Of a stretch of DNA of 20,000 bases, positions 1 to 11,300 are shown in pieces (within the stretch, counting starts at the first letter, position 1; every line of letters begins with the position of its first letter). The stretch is from Hydrurus foetidus. Lineage: Eukaryota. A program made the translations under genes and the position numbers. The notes below the pieces were generated by a model. That model had not been told where the DNA came from. It worked only from the letters and a program-made list of their open reading frames with translations, and ran no database searches. The DNA lies in NCBI GenBank assembly GCA_900617105.1, contig UYFQ01000134.1, forward strand, positions 52,848 to 72,847. The letters are read 5' to 3'.

Positions 1-552
1 AATCTCATTTAATGTAGAACCTGGAACCCAATGAAAGAGCCTTGCTGCTATGGGCTCATTGATGATACCAGTAGTGCCATTACAAGCGCGCAGGAATACA
101 ACGTCATCGATTGAGCATTTGTGGTGATAGAGCTTGTCAGATTTCGTCGCAACAGTCGAGTCAGTTCTGAATGATATGTCGACTGCTACTGGCACAGGGA
201 CAGTGGGATGACGAAATCCGAGAGGGGCCTCTGTTGCGGAGAAATTAGTTACTGTTTTGAGGAGTAGTGAGATTCCATTGAGCATCTCCAAATTACTCGA
301 CTCGACAACATTGTAAAATTTCAACAGATATTCATAGTGTCCACGAGAATCCGCAATATGTGATGTAATGCTGCCGCCACTGTTTGCTACTAAATAGAAA
401 TTCGCATCATCGTACGATTCTAATCGTTTAATGCTGTCTGGCACTGAATTCAATCTCCAAGCGTCTCCAGTAATCTTCAACACAACTGTTTCACAAGGCT
501 CCGGTTTGCCGGACTTTCGACGCAGCTCTTCGTCTATCACACCAAACTCCAT
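1..552 (-). CDS. Hydroxylysine kinase-like / aminoglycoside phosphotransferase (APH) family kinase, N-terminal part (runs off window edge)
   Basis: Not in the ORF track because it has no stop in the window. Manual translation from ATG 552: MEFGVIDEELRRKSGKPEP...SIKRLESYDDANFYL...YEYLLKFYNVVESSNLEML...PTVPVPV...IAARLFHWVPGSTLNEI (184 codons, open to position 1). The L-x-SYDDxNF, YxLKxxN and RLxxxxPG motifs match the HYKK/AGPHD1-type kinase N-lobe. An additional upstream exon cannot be excluded. Confidence 0.65.
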   Translation of the reverse strand, partial: MEFGVIDEELRRKSGKPEPCETVVLKITGDAWRLNSVPDSIKRLESYDDANFYLVANSGGSITSHIADSRGHYEYLLKFYNVVESSNLEMLNGISLLLKTVTNFSATEAPLGFRHPTVPVPVAVDISFRTDSTVATKSDKLYHHKCSIDDVVFLRACNGTTGIINEPIAARLFHWVPGSTLNEI

Positions 553-907
553 CACGAAGCTAGATGCACGATCGTATCTCCTGTTTTTTGCTGATGGTTC
601 TGCATCATCGTCAAGACAACACTATTATCTTCAATTGTCAAGGTTTTGTCGACAACTTCTGGTGTCCTCTCGTTCCTCTTCGGACCATGAACCCTCTGAC
701 CTCTAGCAAAATTCAGTGACGCCACAGGTATAGTAGGTACGTTGTAACACGTACTAGTCAAGAAATATCTGCATAATTGGTGTGTTGTGGCAACATCAAC
801 ATCCCTCATTTTTTAAACTTGAAAAGTCCGTCATACGGCGACTGCTGCTATACAATTGAACTTCTACGGAATTAATTCTGGTGAGAAAACATCCGAACTA
901 ACAACCT

Positions 908-3409
908 TTACTCCGCCACTGTGAACAGCCTGATGGTAAGGGGTTGCGAAATATCTTTGACACCGTCAGTGCAGGAGACGATGATCACGTTCTCGTTCGA
1001 CTTGCAGAAACCAAGACTCTTTGCGTGACTCATCGCATTCTGGAATTGTTGGGGCTCGGATACTTGGTGGAAATCGGCAGGTGCGAGAATGGGGTGCACA
1101 CCACGATACATCTAAAAGTTACGATTGAGGCAATGAAGTTTTATCAGCAATCAATTGTATCCATCCTCTTTCATTTCAACTTCTACGAAGGTTTGTGAGC
1201 TGTCGAGAGAAATGCTATAATTTATCAGTGGCTCTCTAACCTGTAGAAGTCTGCCTGCTTTTGCATTGGGGACAATTGTGACGATAGGGATCCTGGGTCT
1301 GAATTTAGAAATGTTCATGGCCGTTTGTCCGGTCTTGGAGATGACGATTATGCAGGCCGCTGAGAGATTTTTTGAAGCTTCAGCTACAGACTGCAGTATC
1401 AAGTGTCGGAGAGAAAGGTTTAGAAACGTGACATGGGTTCTCAGTCGCCTATGATAGATAGGGTTTACTCACGTATGCCATTCCTTCGTCAGGGCAGCTG
1501 CCATCAGGCTTGACTTCTAATGCTTGGTTGTAAGTTTTTCCAAATTGTTCTGTTTGCTCCAGTATTTTGTCCATCATCAATATGGACTGGATGGGATACT
1601 TTCCTTTCGCAGACTCACCTGTAGTGCAAGACACATGACAGCAAACAGTGCATCAGTACGTAATAGGACAAAATAGTAGATGTAATGTTGGATGTGGGAT
1701 GATACAATCTTTGATAGGTGGATTCACCTGAAAGCATCACGCAGTCTGCGCCATCGAAGACAGCGTTAGCCACATCAGTGCACTCCGCTCTAGTGGGTCT
1801 CGGGTTCTTCTGCATGGACTCCAACATCTGGGTCGCTACGATCACGGGTTTGCCTAGTAATTCAAAGGTAAGGGAGATTTAGGATATAAGGACTAGCTGT
1901 GAGTGATCTCTGACTCAAATTGGCTTGAAGTCAGATGTGTGTGACAAGAACACTGTGATGTTAATGTTCACCGCACCTGCGAGATTCGACCTTCTCACGA
2001 GATCCTTCTGGACGTTGGTAAGAGTTTCCATAGGAATCTCAACACCCAGATCGCCTCTTGCCACCATGATTCCATCAGATGCGTCAAGAATACTGTCGAA
2101 GTTGACAAGCGCCTAGCAGTAATTGATTATTCGGGAATGAGCACAGTGAGTGAATATCAGTACTCTGCAGATGGAGAAGAGGAGCAGTCAGTCCAAGCAG
2201 ATAGATCAATGCGCACCTCTGTGCTCTCTATTTTGCTGATGATCTTAGGGTGAGGGTGATCAGCTGGGTAGTTGCTCTGTGCCATCAATTCCTTCACGTA
2301 TGCCTTGATTTCATTGACGTCTGAGGCCTTGCGGACGAAAGATGCCGCGATGTAGTCGATCTGCAATTAATTCACAAAATGATGACATTCATTGATTGCT
2401 GAAGTCAGCCCGGAAGATAATAGCAGAATTGGTAAAAAGTTCTTCAAGTCAGCTTCTGCCTTACGTCATTATTAATCCCCCATTTAATGTCCTGCTTATC
2501 TTTGTCACTCATAGCGGGCAGATCAACTGATAAACCGGGCATGTTCACGCCTGCATTTAAGAGATAGGAACAGGATCAGGGGACATGATGGGAATATCTC
2601 GACTGAAAATTTAGAAGGAATCACCTTTTTTGTTTCCTAGGGATCCGCTGTTGGCAACAGTGCAACTGATTTCTCCAGCTGCTGCGTCAATCTTGTCTAC
2701 TCGGACCTTAAGAGTTAAGAGAATCAGAGTATCAGATTTTGTGCAGGCCATTTTCGTGCGTCATCGAAGGTGGTTAGTTACACTCATCACATGTGTTCAC
2801 CTCAATTGCCCCGTCGTCAAGTAGAATAAGTGCACCAACTTGGACTGTGTCGAAGAGTTTCTTGTATGAAATCCATATTTTTGATGGTGTCTGCTCATTT
2901 CTGAGACCCTCGTCGATCGCTATGACTACCTACCGTGCAGTCAATCAAAAAAAGATTATGATGTACGTCTTCAAAATCACTGTCCAGATTGTGTTGTAAT
3001 ATCTTCAGTCAGAGGTCCGCCTGTTTTTTGCGAAGTGTACCTTCTGCCCAATTTCCCACGTGATTTCCTTTACTCCACCTCCGAAGGACCCTGTTCTTAT
3101 CTCTGGTCCCTGTGTGTCTAGCATCACTGCCCTCAAGTTGAGATTGTCGGCAGTGTTATTTTTACCGGGACTCAGCTTCAGATTTTTCATGCGTAAGTCA
3201 GCCTCCTCGTAAGTTGCGTGCGAGAAATTAAGGCGCATGATCCTCATTCCTGCGGCGACAACCTGCTTAAGCATAGGCAGTTGTTCACTGGCTGGACCTA
3301 TAGTCGCACATATCTTTGTCAGCTGTGGAACGGCGGCCGCACGAGACAGGTCAGTTGTCAGAATGCGGGCGCCCAAAGGCTTCCTTACGATTCTTGCTAC
3401 ATGCAACAT
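908..3409 (-). CDS. PK: Pyruvate kinase, 10 exons, 523 aa, probable mitochondrial presequence
   Basis: Exons 3409-3041, 2929-2801, 2706-2625, 2550-2465, 2360-2217, 2112-1977, 1853-1728, 1618-1473, 1390-1241, 1111-908. All introns are GT-AG and phases are consistent (1572 nt). Hallmark motifs: [118 protein letters not shown]. Confidence 0.97.
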
Positions 3410-3508
3410 ATTTTCAAAGCCTGTACTGAAGTGAACGGATGCAATCAAAGTCGCGTAATGATCCTGAGCTTTAGGAGGGATAGGGTGATGCAAGAAGAGA
3501 TTGATTAG

Positions 3509-3539
3509 ATGGAACATGGAACATGGAACATGATGGAAC
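3509..3539. repeat. Short (ATGGAAC)n tandem repeat upstream of the PK start
   Basis: ATGGAAC x3, then ATG, then ATGGAAC, read directly; lies 100-130 bp upstream of the PK ATG. Confidence 0.8.
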
Positions 3540-3674
3540 AAACAGCTGATGCCGCATGCCTTCGCCTTCGCTTCCTTCTTTTTTTGGACCTTTCGTTTGG
3601 CACACACGTACGTACTTCACCTCCGCTTGTACTTCTACAGCAGTGTGGTGTGCGGTGCTGGTGTATGTAAATAT

Positions 3675-4542
3675 TAGTGCTGGTGTGCGGTCCGACTTTT
3701 GTCGAACAAGTCGGACCGGACAGCTGTTCGACTGTTCGGTTCGACTTTATTGACCTTGTTCGGGTATTTCGGACAAGTCGAACAAAGCCGAACAAAGTCG
3801 AACATGTCGAACATGTCGAACATGTCGAACATGTCGAACATGTCGAACAAGAGTCGGACCATCCTTTCTTACTGGTGTGCAGACTACCGTGTACTACTAG
3901 TATATAGTATACAGTATCTGTGGTGTCTGGGTCTACAGTCCTCAACAAGGGACTTCATTCTCTGATCATTTGTAATCTCTAATACGTCACACTTTGAGGA
4001 TAAGTTTGAACTGATCAATGAGTGACGCCGCCGACTTTCAATGCGAAGCCAACGGCTGTAGTGCTATAATTTTCGATAGATGAGACGAATGCTCAATGTG
4101 CCTTTGCACGAAATGTTTGACAAGTCATCTGAGGCAATAAAATCACCAACGTCAGTGGTGTAAAAAGGAAAGATTACGACGATTATGCCGTCAAAGCCAT
4201 ACCGCAAACAAGAAACGTCTTCGTTCAAAGACCCACGCTGAACTCAGCACGCCGCCGCCAATTCAATAAAACACCACGCCGCAAACTCAAAGCCACGCCG
4301 CCAAGCCGATTTGTCAGCACGACGCAACCGAATATAAAGCAACCCCTACCAACTTCGTTCTTCATCGGGTGTTCGACTGTTCGAGTCGAACAACTGTTCG
4401 ACTTTCGTTCGACTTTCGTTCGAAATGATACATTCCTCAATATCCCACTTCTGTTCGACATGAGTCGAACGTCCGTCCGACTATCTTGTGTTCGTTCGAC
4501 TGTTCGGTTCGAAGTCTCTTTTGAAGTCGGACACCACCCCTA
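3675..4542. mobile_element. Non-autonomous hAT-like DNA transposon (868 bp)
   Basis: Perfect 8-bp TSD GTAAATAT at 3667-3674 and 4543-4550. Imperfect TIRs TAGTGCTGGTGT vs TAGGGGTGGTGT (reverse complement of the right end), each followed by CCGACTT. Many subterminal GTCGAAC/GTTCGAC motifs at both ends. No transposase ORF. An 8-bp TSD, short TAG-starting TIRs and subterminal repeats are hAT hallmarks. Confidence 0.85.
3797..3849. repeat. (GTCGAACAT)n subterminal tandem repeat, 6 units
   Basis: GTCGAAC starts at 3797, 3806, 3815, 3824, 3833 and 3842 (9-bp period). Inverted copies (GTTCGAC) cluster at ~4370-4500. Confidence 0.9.
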
Positions 4543-5357
4543 GTAAATATGAAAGATTTCTGAGGGCCTCCCCGTATGTATGTCACTTTGGACTTGAGAT
4601 AGATCCTCGTCGAACTGCATAATTGATTTTATTACGGCAGATTCGATACCTCTTATAGGTACTGCTGCCATTCAATTGTTGGCGGGTTGATTATAATCAT
4701 ATTCAACCGGCAGTTTCAGTGAGAGCGGTCAATTATGAAATTTCTGTCACAAAAAGTCCTAGGTCCAAAAAACCTAAAATTTGAGTGGGACCATAGACCT
4801 CACAAAGGAGTATTTTGTACCCACAGGTATTGAAATGTATTCATGTATTAAATTTTGTTCGTTATCATGCAAGGAGATTTTGTCGCTAAGCAACAAGTTG
4901 GATGAGGATGAATGATCATTAATTCAGTCGGAGGTAGTGAGAGTAGTGCAGTCGTATAGAGTAAGGCAGTATCTAAGACTGTAGTATCTTGTTTGCCTGC
5001 CATCCACGAGTACACATATCCACGTCGCTCTCTAAATTGAAATTGATATCTGAAGCATGGCACCTTCGACTAAGTACCGCTAACCGTATTCGGTTGTTAT
5101 CCTCCCACAGGATAACGAAGAGAAACATATGTCAATAACGAGGAAATGCTATAAAAGAAGGGCGCATATTTGTCACCATAGCTAATCTGTAGCCAATTCC
5201 ACATGATCATCTCACAAAGTTGTGATGCGTAACTTGATACATGTTGATTATATTACAAAATTAGATCACTCAAGGATAGATTGATCACAAATAAATGCTA
5301 CGCAGCTTCTAACAGCCCACTTCCGCTACAGATTGTGATTGGGGAAATAGACGTGAT

Positions 5358-8300
5358 CTAATCTTCTTCGTCATCCGTCTCCCCGTCTAGAGAGTCCATG
5401 TCGACTGCTTTGTCTGCATCATCCATGGAGAGGAAGTTGCCTGACTCGTCCACTATCACCATATCAAGCATGCGCATGAAGTGTTTGAAGGACTTCAGAG
5501 ACACTCTGCCATTCTTTATTTCAATACGGGCGATGTAGCTGTCTATTGCTTCCTGTGTGGCGAGGTCAGCTTCTATCAGCTCTTGTAGCTCGTCCCACTT
5601 CCTCAGCGCCTTCTCGGTGATGTAGTCCTTGCCTTTGCTCAACTCCTCGAACTATCGTGACAGGACAGTGAAGTAAGAAGTGAGAGAAGTGTTTGTCACA
5701 ACGCGGTACAGCAGATATCATTACACATGGCGTGCGTTGCAGTGATGCGTACGCACCATCTCCATGACTTCTTCGTCTTCTTCATCGTCCTCCTCCAGGT
5801 CATCTTGCATGGCCCTTATGGCGGCATCCCCTTCAGCAGCACCAGCGCCATTCTTGTTGCTCAAATATGTGATCTTAAGATTGTCCTCCCCCTCGTCATC
5901 GCCAATTAGCCCATCGACCATGCTCATGACGGCATCAACATTGGTGTCTTTGTCGATCGTGATCTTGTTCTCGAACACGACATCGCTCTGCTCAGCTGGT
6001 AGCTTCTCGCGGTCAACAAACTCGTCAATCACTTGCAGCAGCTTGTAGAACTACGAAACAAAAATATCCACGATCAGACCAATTGATGGGTGAGAGAGCA
6101 ATTGAAACATGAGATGTGTCGTACCTTTTCGAATTCAATGCCGTCCTGCTCGACAGACACTCCGGCATTTTCAATGGCTGTTGCGAGGTCATCTTTGGAG
6201 AGAGCCCCCACCTCCAACAGCTCCTGCACGTCCTCCCACTGCAAGAAGTCCACAAGGGTTATCCTGTCGGAGCCGTCTACTAGCAGCTCTTCGAAAGCTT
6301 GACGTGCCGCCTCTTCTTCAGTCAAGGTCTCAAAATCTCCTCCACTCTCATCATCGCCCCAGTTCTCCTCTTCCTCCTCCTCGTCATCACCATTGAGGAC
6401 AGAGCTTTTCTTTGAAGTCTCGAAGCGCTTGTCCTTGCCGGACGCTTCTTCTTCGTACTCGTACTTCAAGTTGCTGTCGTCCACTGAGCCCTGGATAATG
6501 TCGATCAGCTGCATAAATTGCGGCAGTGTGATCTCTCCTGTCTCTAGGGATCCAATTTTAACGAGTGCTTTCTCGAGAGAACTTCTCTTCAGCGATCCAC
6601 TACACAGAGAAAGAGAAAGACAAAATCTTGAGGTCCAGGGCGAGATGGCGTATTCATAGGTGATGAATCGATTGCATGTCTGAAGGGTTCACCTTTCTAT
6701 CATCTCCTGCATGTCTTCCCACTCCTTCAAGGCCTCCACTGAAACGGTTTTGCGCTGTCAATACAAGTGGTTGATGGGTGTGAGCATAAGATCGTATGAA
6801 AGAGAAGAAGATTCTGTGCAATTCATTGTAATGCAATACGTTGCACTGTGATAGAGCGAGTCACCTTCCCCCTCAGATCGTCAAATATCTCTTCCGTGAT
6901 GGCAGTGGCCTCGCTCTTTTTCTCCTTTACGACAACAGGCACCTTGACAGTCACTTTCTTCGGTGCCTCAACAACAGGCGCTGTTATTGCAGGCTCGGAA
7001 GATCTAGCAAACCCCTTGCCAGATACGTTCATGACAGGTCCGGAGTTGTCTTCCTCCTTGATATCCACACCCTCATCCATTGCCACTTCGAGCATCTCAA
7101 TCAGCTCCTTGAACTTCTCGAAATCCAGCTCGGAGCCAAACTTCTTAATCACGCTGTTGAGCATTCCCTTGGAGAGCTCCCCACTGTCAAGGGCTTCAGC
7201 CACACTGGTCCAGTTCTTGATTTTCTTCGTGGACATGAGACCAGTTTTGGGGTTCTTCAATCCATCAAATATCTCACGTGTCATTTCTTCCTCTTCTTCA
7301 GGACTCATATCGATACCATCATCGTCTTCGTCTAAATCTGCTGCTGCTTTGTCTGCAGCAGCATCAGAAGCTGACTCAAGGAGGTTCACTAGCTGCCAGA
7401 ACTGATCGAATGTGAGTGTCTGGGATTTCTCTGCTCCGACTTCTTTAATCAACATCTCCACAGTGCTCTTCTTAATGATGCCCTGCTCTATGAGTTCTGT
7501 CACGTCCTCCCACGCCTGAAACGCTTTCACGCTGAGCAACTTGTCCTGCGTGTTATTGTAATACATCACATCACAATATCTTACATTAAGATATGAAAGA
7601 CTGATGTGGCAGTACTGGTAAAATTCAATGACTGGTGAGCAGAGATGTATAGAATTGTTAACATACCTTTCCCTTGAGACCCTGGTAGATCTCATTGGCG
7701 ATTTCATCAACACCCTCGTCGTCAATTCCGTCAAGAACATTTCTCTCGTTTCTCTCCTCTTCTATCTCTTTGTCGATCTCCTCTCTCTCTTCTAGTGTCG
7801 CGCTCACGATCTTGGCGGAGGAGGTGTCTTCATCCTTATCATCCTCGTCTGACATGATGGTGTCCATTCCCTGCCCTTGCCCATCGCCCATCGCGGTGAC
7901 GGTTTCTTCGAGGAGGTTGATGAGGTCCGAGAACTGTTTGTAGGAGAGGTCTCCCTTCCTGTTCTTGTTCGCACCGACCTCTTCCAGCAAGATGTCGATG
8001 GTAGCATCATCCAACAGCTCTTCGTCCTGAATGTTGTCCCATGAAAGGAAAGTCGCGACTGAAAGGGTCTTCTTTGAGCCCTTGAGGGTGTCAAAGAGAT
8101 CTCTCGTCATTTCTTCCACTTCCTCAGGGGTCATCTCCTCCTCTTCGTCGCTGCCGTCACCACCGATGTCATCTCCGTCGAGCTCGAGACGGTCCTCATC
8201 ATCCCCTTCCCTCTCACTGTCTCTAGGACTCATCTCTTCGCTGTCATCTTCCTCACCCGCCACCTCGTCCAACAGCTCCACCAGGGCCTTGAACATGGGG

Positions 8301-11300
8301 TACGTCAGATCTTGACCTTTCTCGCAACCCACCTTAGAAGCGAGGCTGTTGATTTCCTTCTCATCGATGATCTTCGTGTCCAGCATCTCGACAATATCTT
8401 CCCACTTCTTAAACGCCTTCAGTGACAGCGCCTTTCCCTTGCCTTTCAGCTCGGAATAAACTTCGCGCAACATTTCATCAACTTCTTCGTCGTTAAGATC
8501 CTCGAAATCGTCCATGCTCTCGTCCGCTTCCTTGCCGAACCCCTTCGATGAGGGCAAGATCTCAGCATCATCCTCTTCATCATTCATCTCGTCCGCATCC
8601 TCCGCAATACCGTCTAGCTGACTCACCACCTCGTAGAACTGGTCGAAGTCAAGCACCTTTTTGCCATCAGCTGCCTCGGAGATGATCTCCATGATCTCCT
8701 CCTTGGTCACCACCTCATCAGCGATCATGTCCTTCACGTCCCCCCACGCCATGAACGCCGCCACGGACACCTTCTTGTCTTTGCCGCGCAGCTCGTCGAA
8801 GAGCTCCTTGGCCACTTCTTTGAGATCTTCTTCGTCCAGCTCTTCGTCAGCGTCAGCGTCGCCATCGATCTCGTCGGCATCCTCAGAATTATCCATGTCT
8901 GTCTCGTCGTCGTCAGCATCGTCGCCCATGCTGTCCATGTCCTTTACTATATCGAAGAACTGATCGAAGTCGAGGCTCTTCAGTCCGGCTAGCTTGGTGT
9001 TCAGGTACTCTTTCGTGACGGAGCCGTCAGCGAGTAGCTCCTTGACGTCCTCCCAGTTCATGAAGTCAGCCACAGGCAGCAGTTTCTTTTTGCCTCTCAG
9101 CTCGTCAAACAGCTCCAATGCAACCTCTTTCATCGTGTCGTCGTCCATCTCGTCCGCATCCTCCGCGATACCGTCTAGCTGACTCACCACCTCGTAGAAC
9201 TGGTCGAAGTCAAGCACCTTCTTACCATCAGCTGCCTCGGAGATGATCTCCATGATCTCCTCCTTGGTCACCACCTCATCAGCGATCATGTCCTTCACGT
9301 CCCCCCACGCCATGAACGCCGCCACGGACACCTTCTTGTCTTTGCCGCGCAGCTCGTCGAAGAGCTCCTTGGCCACTTCTTTGAGATCTTCTTCGTCCAG
9401 CTCTTCGTCAGCGTCAGCGTCGCCATCGATCTCGTCGGCATCCTCAGAATTATCCATGTCTGTCTCGTCGTCATCAGCGCCTTCGAGATAGAGATTGCCT
9501 TGCACGGCTGTCTTGTCGAGTTTGGTGGCGATCATGTAGAACTCCTCAAAGTTCACTTGTTTCTTGCTTCCCGCGACACTCACAACGATGTCTTCGAGCT
9601 GTTCGGGAGTGATGACTCTGTCTTCGAGCATTTCCAACACGCCTGCCGACACCTTCAGATCCTTCACTTGCACCTTGTCGTTCAGTCCTCGTAGTAAGTC
9701 GAAACCGTCAGCAGCAACTGCACGACGAACTTCTACACTGGGCTGGTTCTTGTCGTCGTCATCACCCTCTGACTCCTCCATGATGGTTTCCTCGTCCTCA
9801 GCCACCTCGTCCAGAGAAGACACCAAGTTGTAGAACTGCTCGAAGTCGATGTGCTTGCTGGAACCCACCACGTCTGTGATCATGGCGTCCAGGTCCTTCA
9901 GCGTTATCAGCTCGTTCTCCACGAGCTCGGTGACGTCGGACCAGGACTTGAAGGCCTTCACGGTCAGCTTGGCGCTCTCTCCCTTCAGCTCTTCGAACAA
10001 CTCGAGCGCCACCTCCTTCATCGTCTCGTCGTCCTCTCCCTCTACCTCGTCCTCTGCCTCCGAATCGAGCTGGAGAACCATTTTGGTTTTCTGTGCAGGA
10101 GGAGGAGTAACGGATGACTTAACAGCAGGTTTCACGATTGATGAGGCAGGAGCAGCGACGATTTCTTCGTCTTCATCCTCGTCATCTTCGTCGTAATCAA
10201 TGTAATCTTCCTCATCCTCTCCCTCAGCAATTTCATCTAACTGACCAACTACTTGATAGAACTGGTCGAAGTCAAGCACCTTTTTGCCATCAGCTGCCTC
10301 GGAGATGATCTCCATAATCTCCTCCTTGGTCACCACCTCATCAGCGATCATGTCCTTCACGTCCCCCCACGCCATGAACGCCGCCACGGACACCTTCTTG
10401 TCTTTGCCGCGCAGCTCGTCGAAGAGCTCCTTGGCCACTTCTTTGAGATCTTCTTCGTCCAGCTCTTCGTCAGCGTCAGCGTCGCCATCGATCTCGTCGG
10501 CATCCTCAGAATTATCCATGTCTGTCTCGTCGTCATCAGCATCGTCGCCCATGCTGTCCATGTCCTTTACTATATCGAAGAACTGATCGAAGTCGAGGCT
10601 CTTCAGTCCGGCTAGCTTGGTGTTCAGGTACTCTTTCGTGACGGAGCCGTCAGCGAGTAGCTCCTTGACGTCCTCCCAGTTCATGAAGTCAGCCACAGGC
10701 AGCAGTTTCTTTTTGCCTCTCAGCTCGTCAAACAGCTCCAATGCAACCTCTTTCATCGTGTCGTCGTCCATCTCGTCCGCATCCTCCGCGATACCGTCTA
10801 GCTGACTCACCACCTCGTAGAACTGGTCGAAGTCAAGCACCTTTTTGCCATCAGCTGCCTCGGAGATGATCTCCATAATCTCCTCCTTGGTCACCACCTC
10901 ATCAGCGATCATGTCCTTCACGTCCCCCCACGCCATGAACGCCGCCACGGACACCTTCTTGTCTTTGCCGCGCAGCTCGTCGAAGAGCTCCTTGGCCACT
11001 TCTTTGAGATCTTCTTCGTCCAGCTCTTCATCAGCGTCAGCGTCGCCATCGATCTCGTCGGCATCCTCAGAATTATCCATGTCTGTCTCGTCGTCGTCAG
11101 CATCGTCGCCCATGCTGTCCATGTCCTTTACTATATCGAAGAACTGATCGAAGTCGAGGCTCTTCAGTCCGGCTAGCTTGGTGTTCAGGTACTCTTTCGT
11201 GACGGAGCCGTCAGCGAGTAGCTCCTTGACGTCCTCCCAGTTCATGAAGTCGGCCACAGGCAGCAGTTTCTTTTTGCCTCTCAGCTCGTCAAACAGCTCC

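Noticed and set aside
1112..3040. Short direct repeats at intron junctions (e.g. CAGGTGA at both ends of intron 1727-1619) suggesting Introner elements
   Set aside because: Ordinary AG|GT protosplice context explains them, and the introns show no visible similarity to each other.
3410..3607. Longer PK N-terminus from the ORF-track start at 3607
   Set aside because: It uses a non-ATG start and runs through a simple repeat. ATG 3409 gives a sensible presequence followed directly by the PK domain.
3505..3965. ORFs with TCS/VEH/MSN/MFD repeats, or a CRISPR-like array
   Set aside because: These are translations of the 9-bp subterminal repeat of the hAT-like element. There are no unique spacers or cas genes, and the context is eukaryotic.
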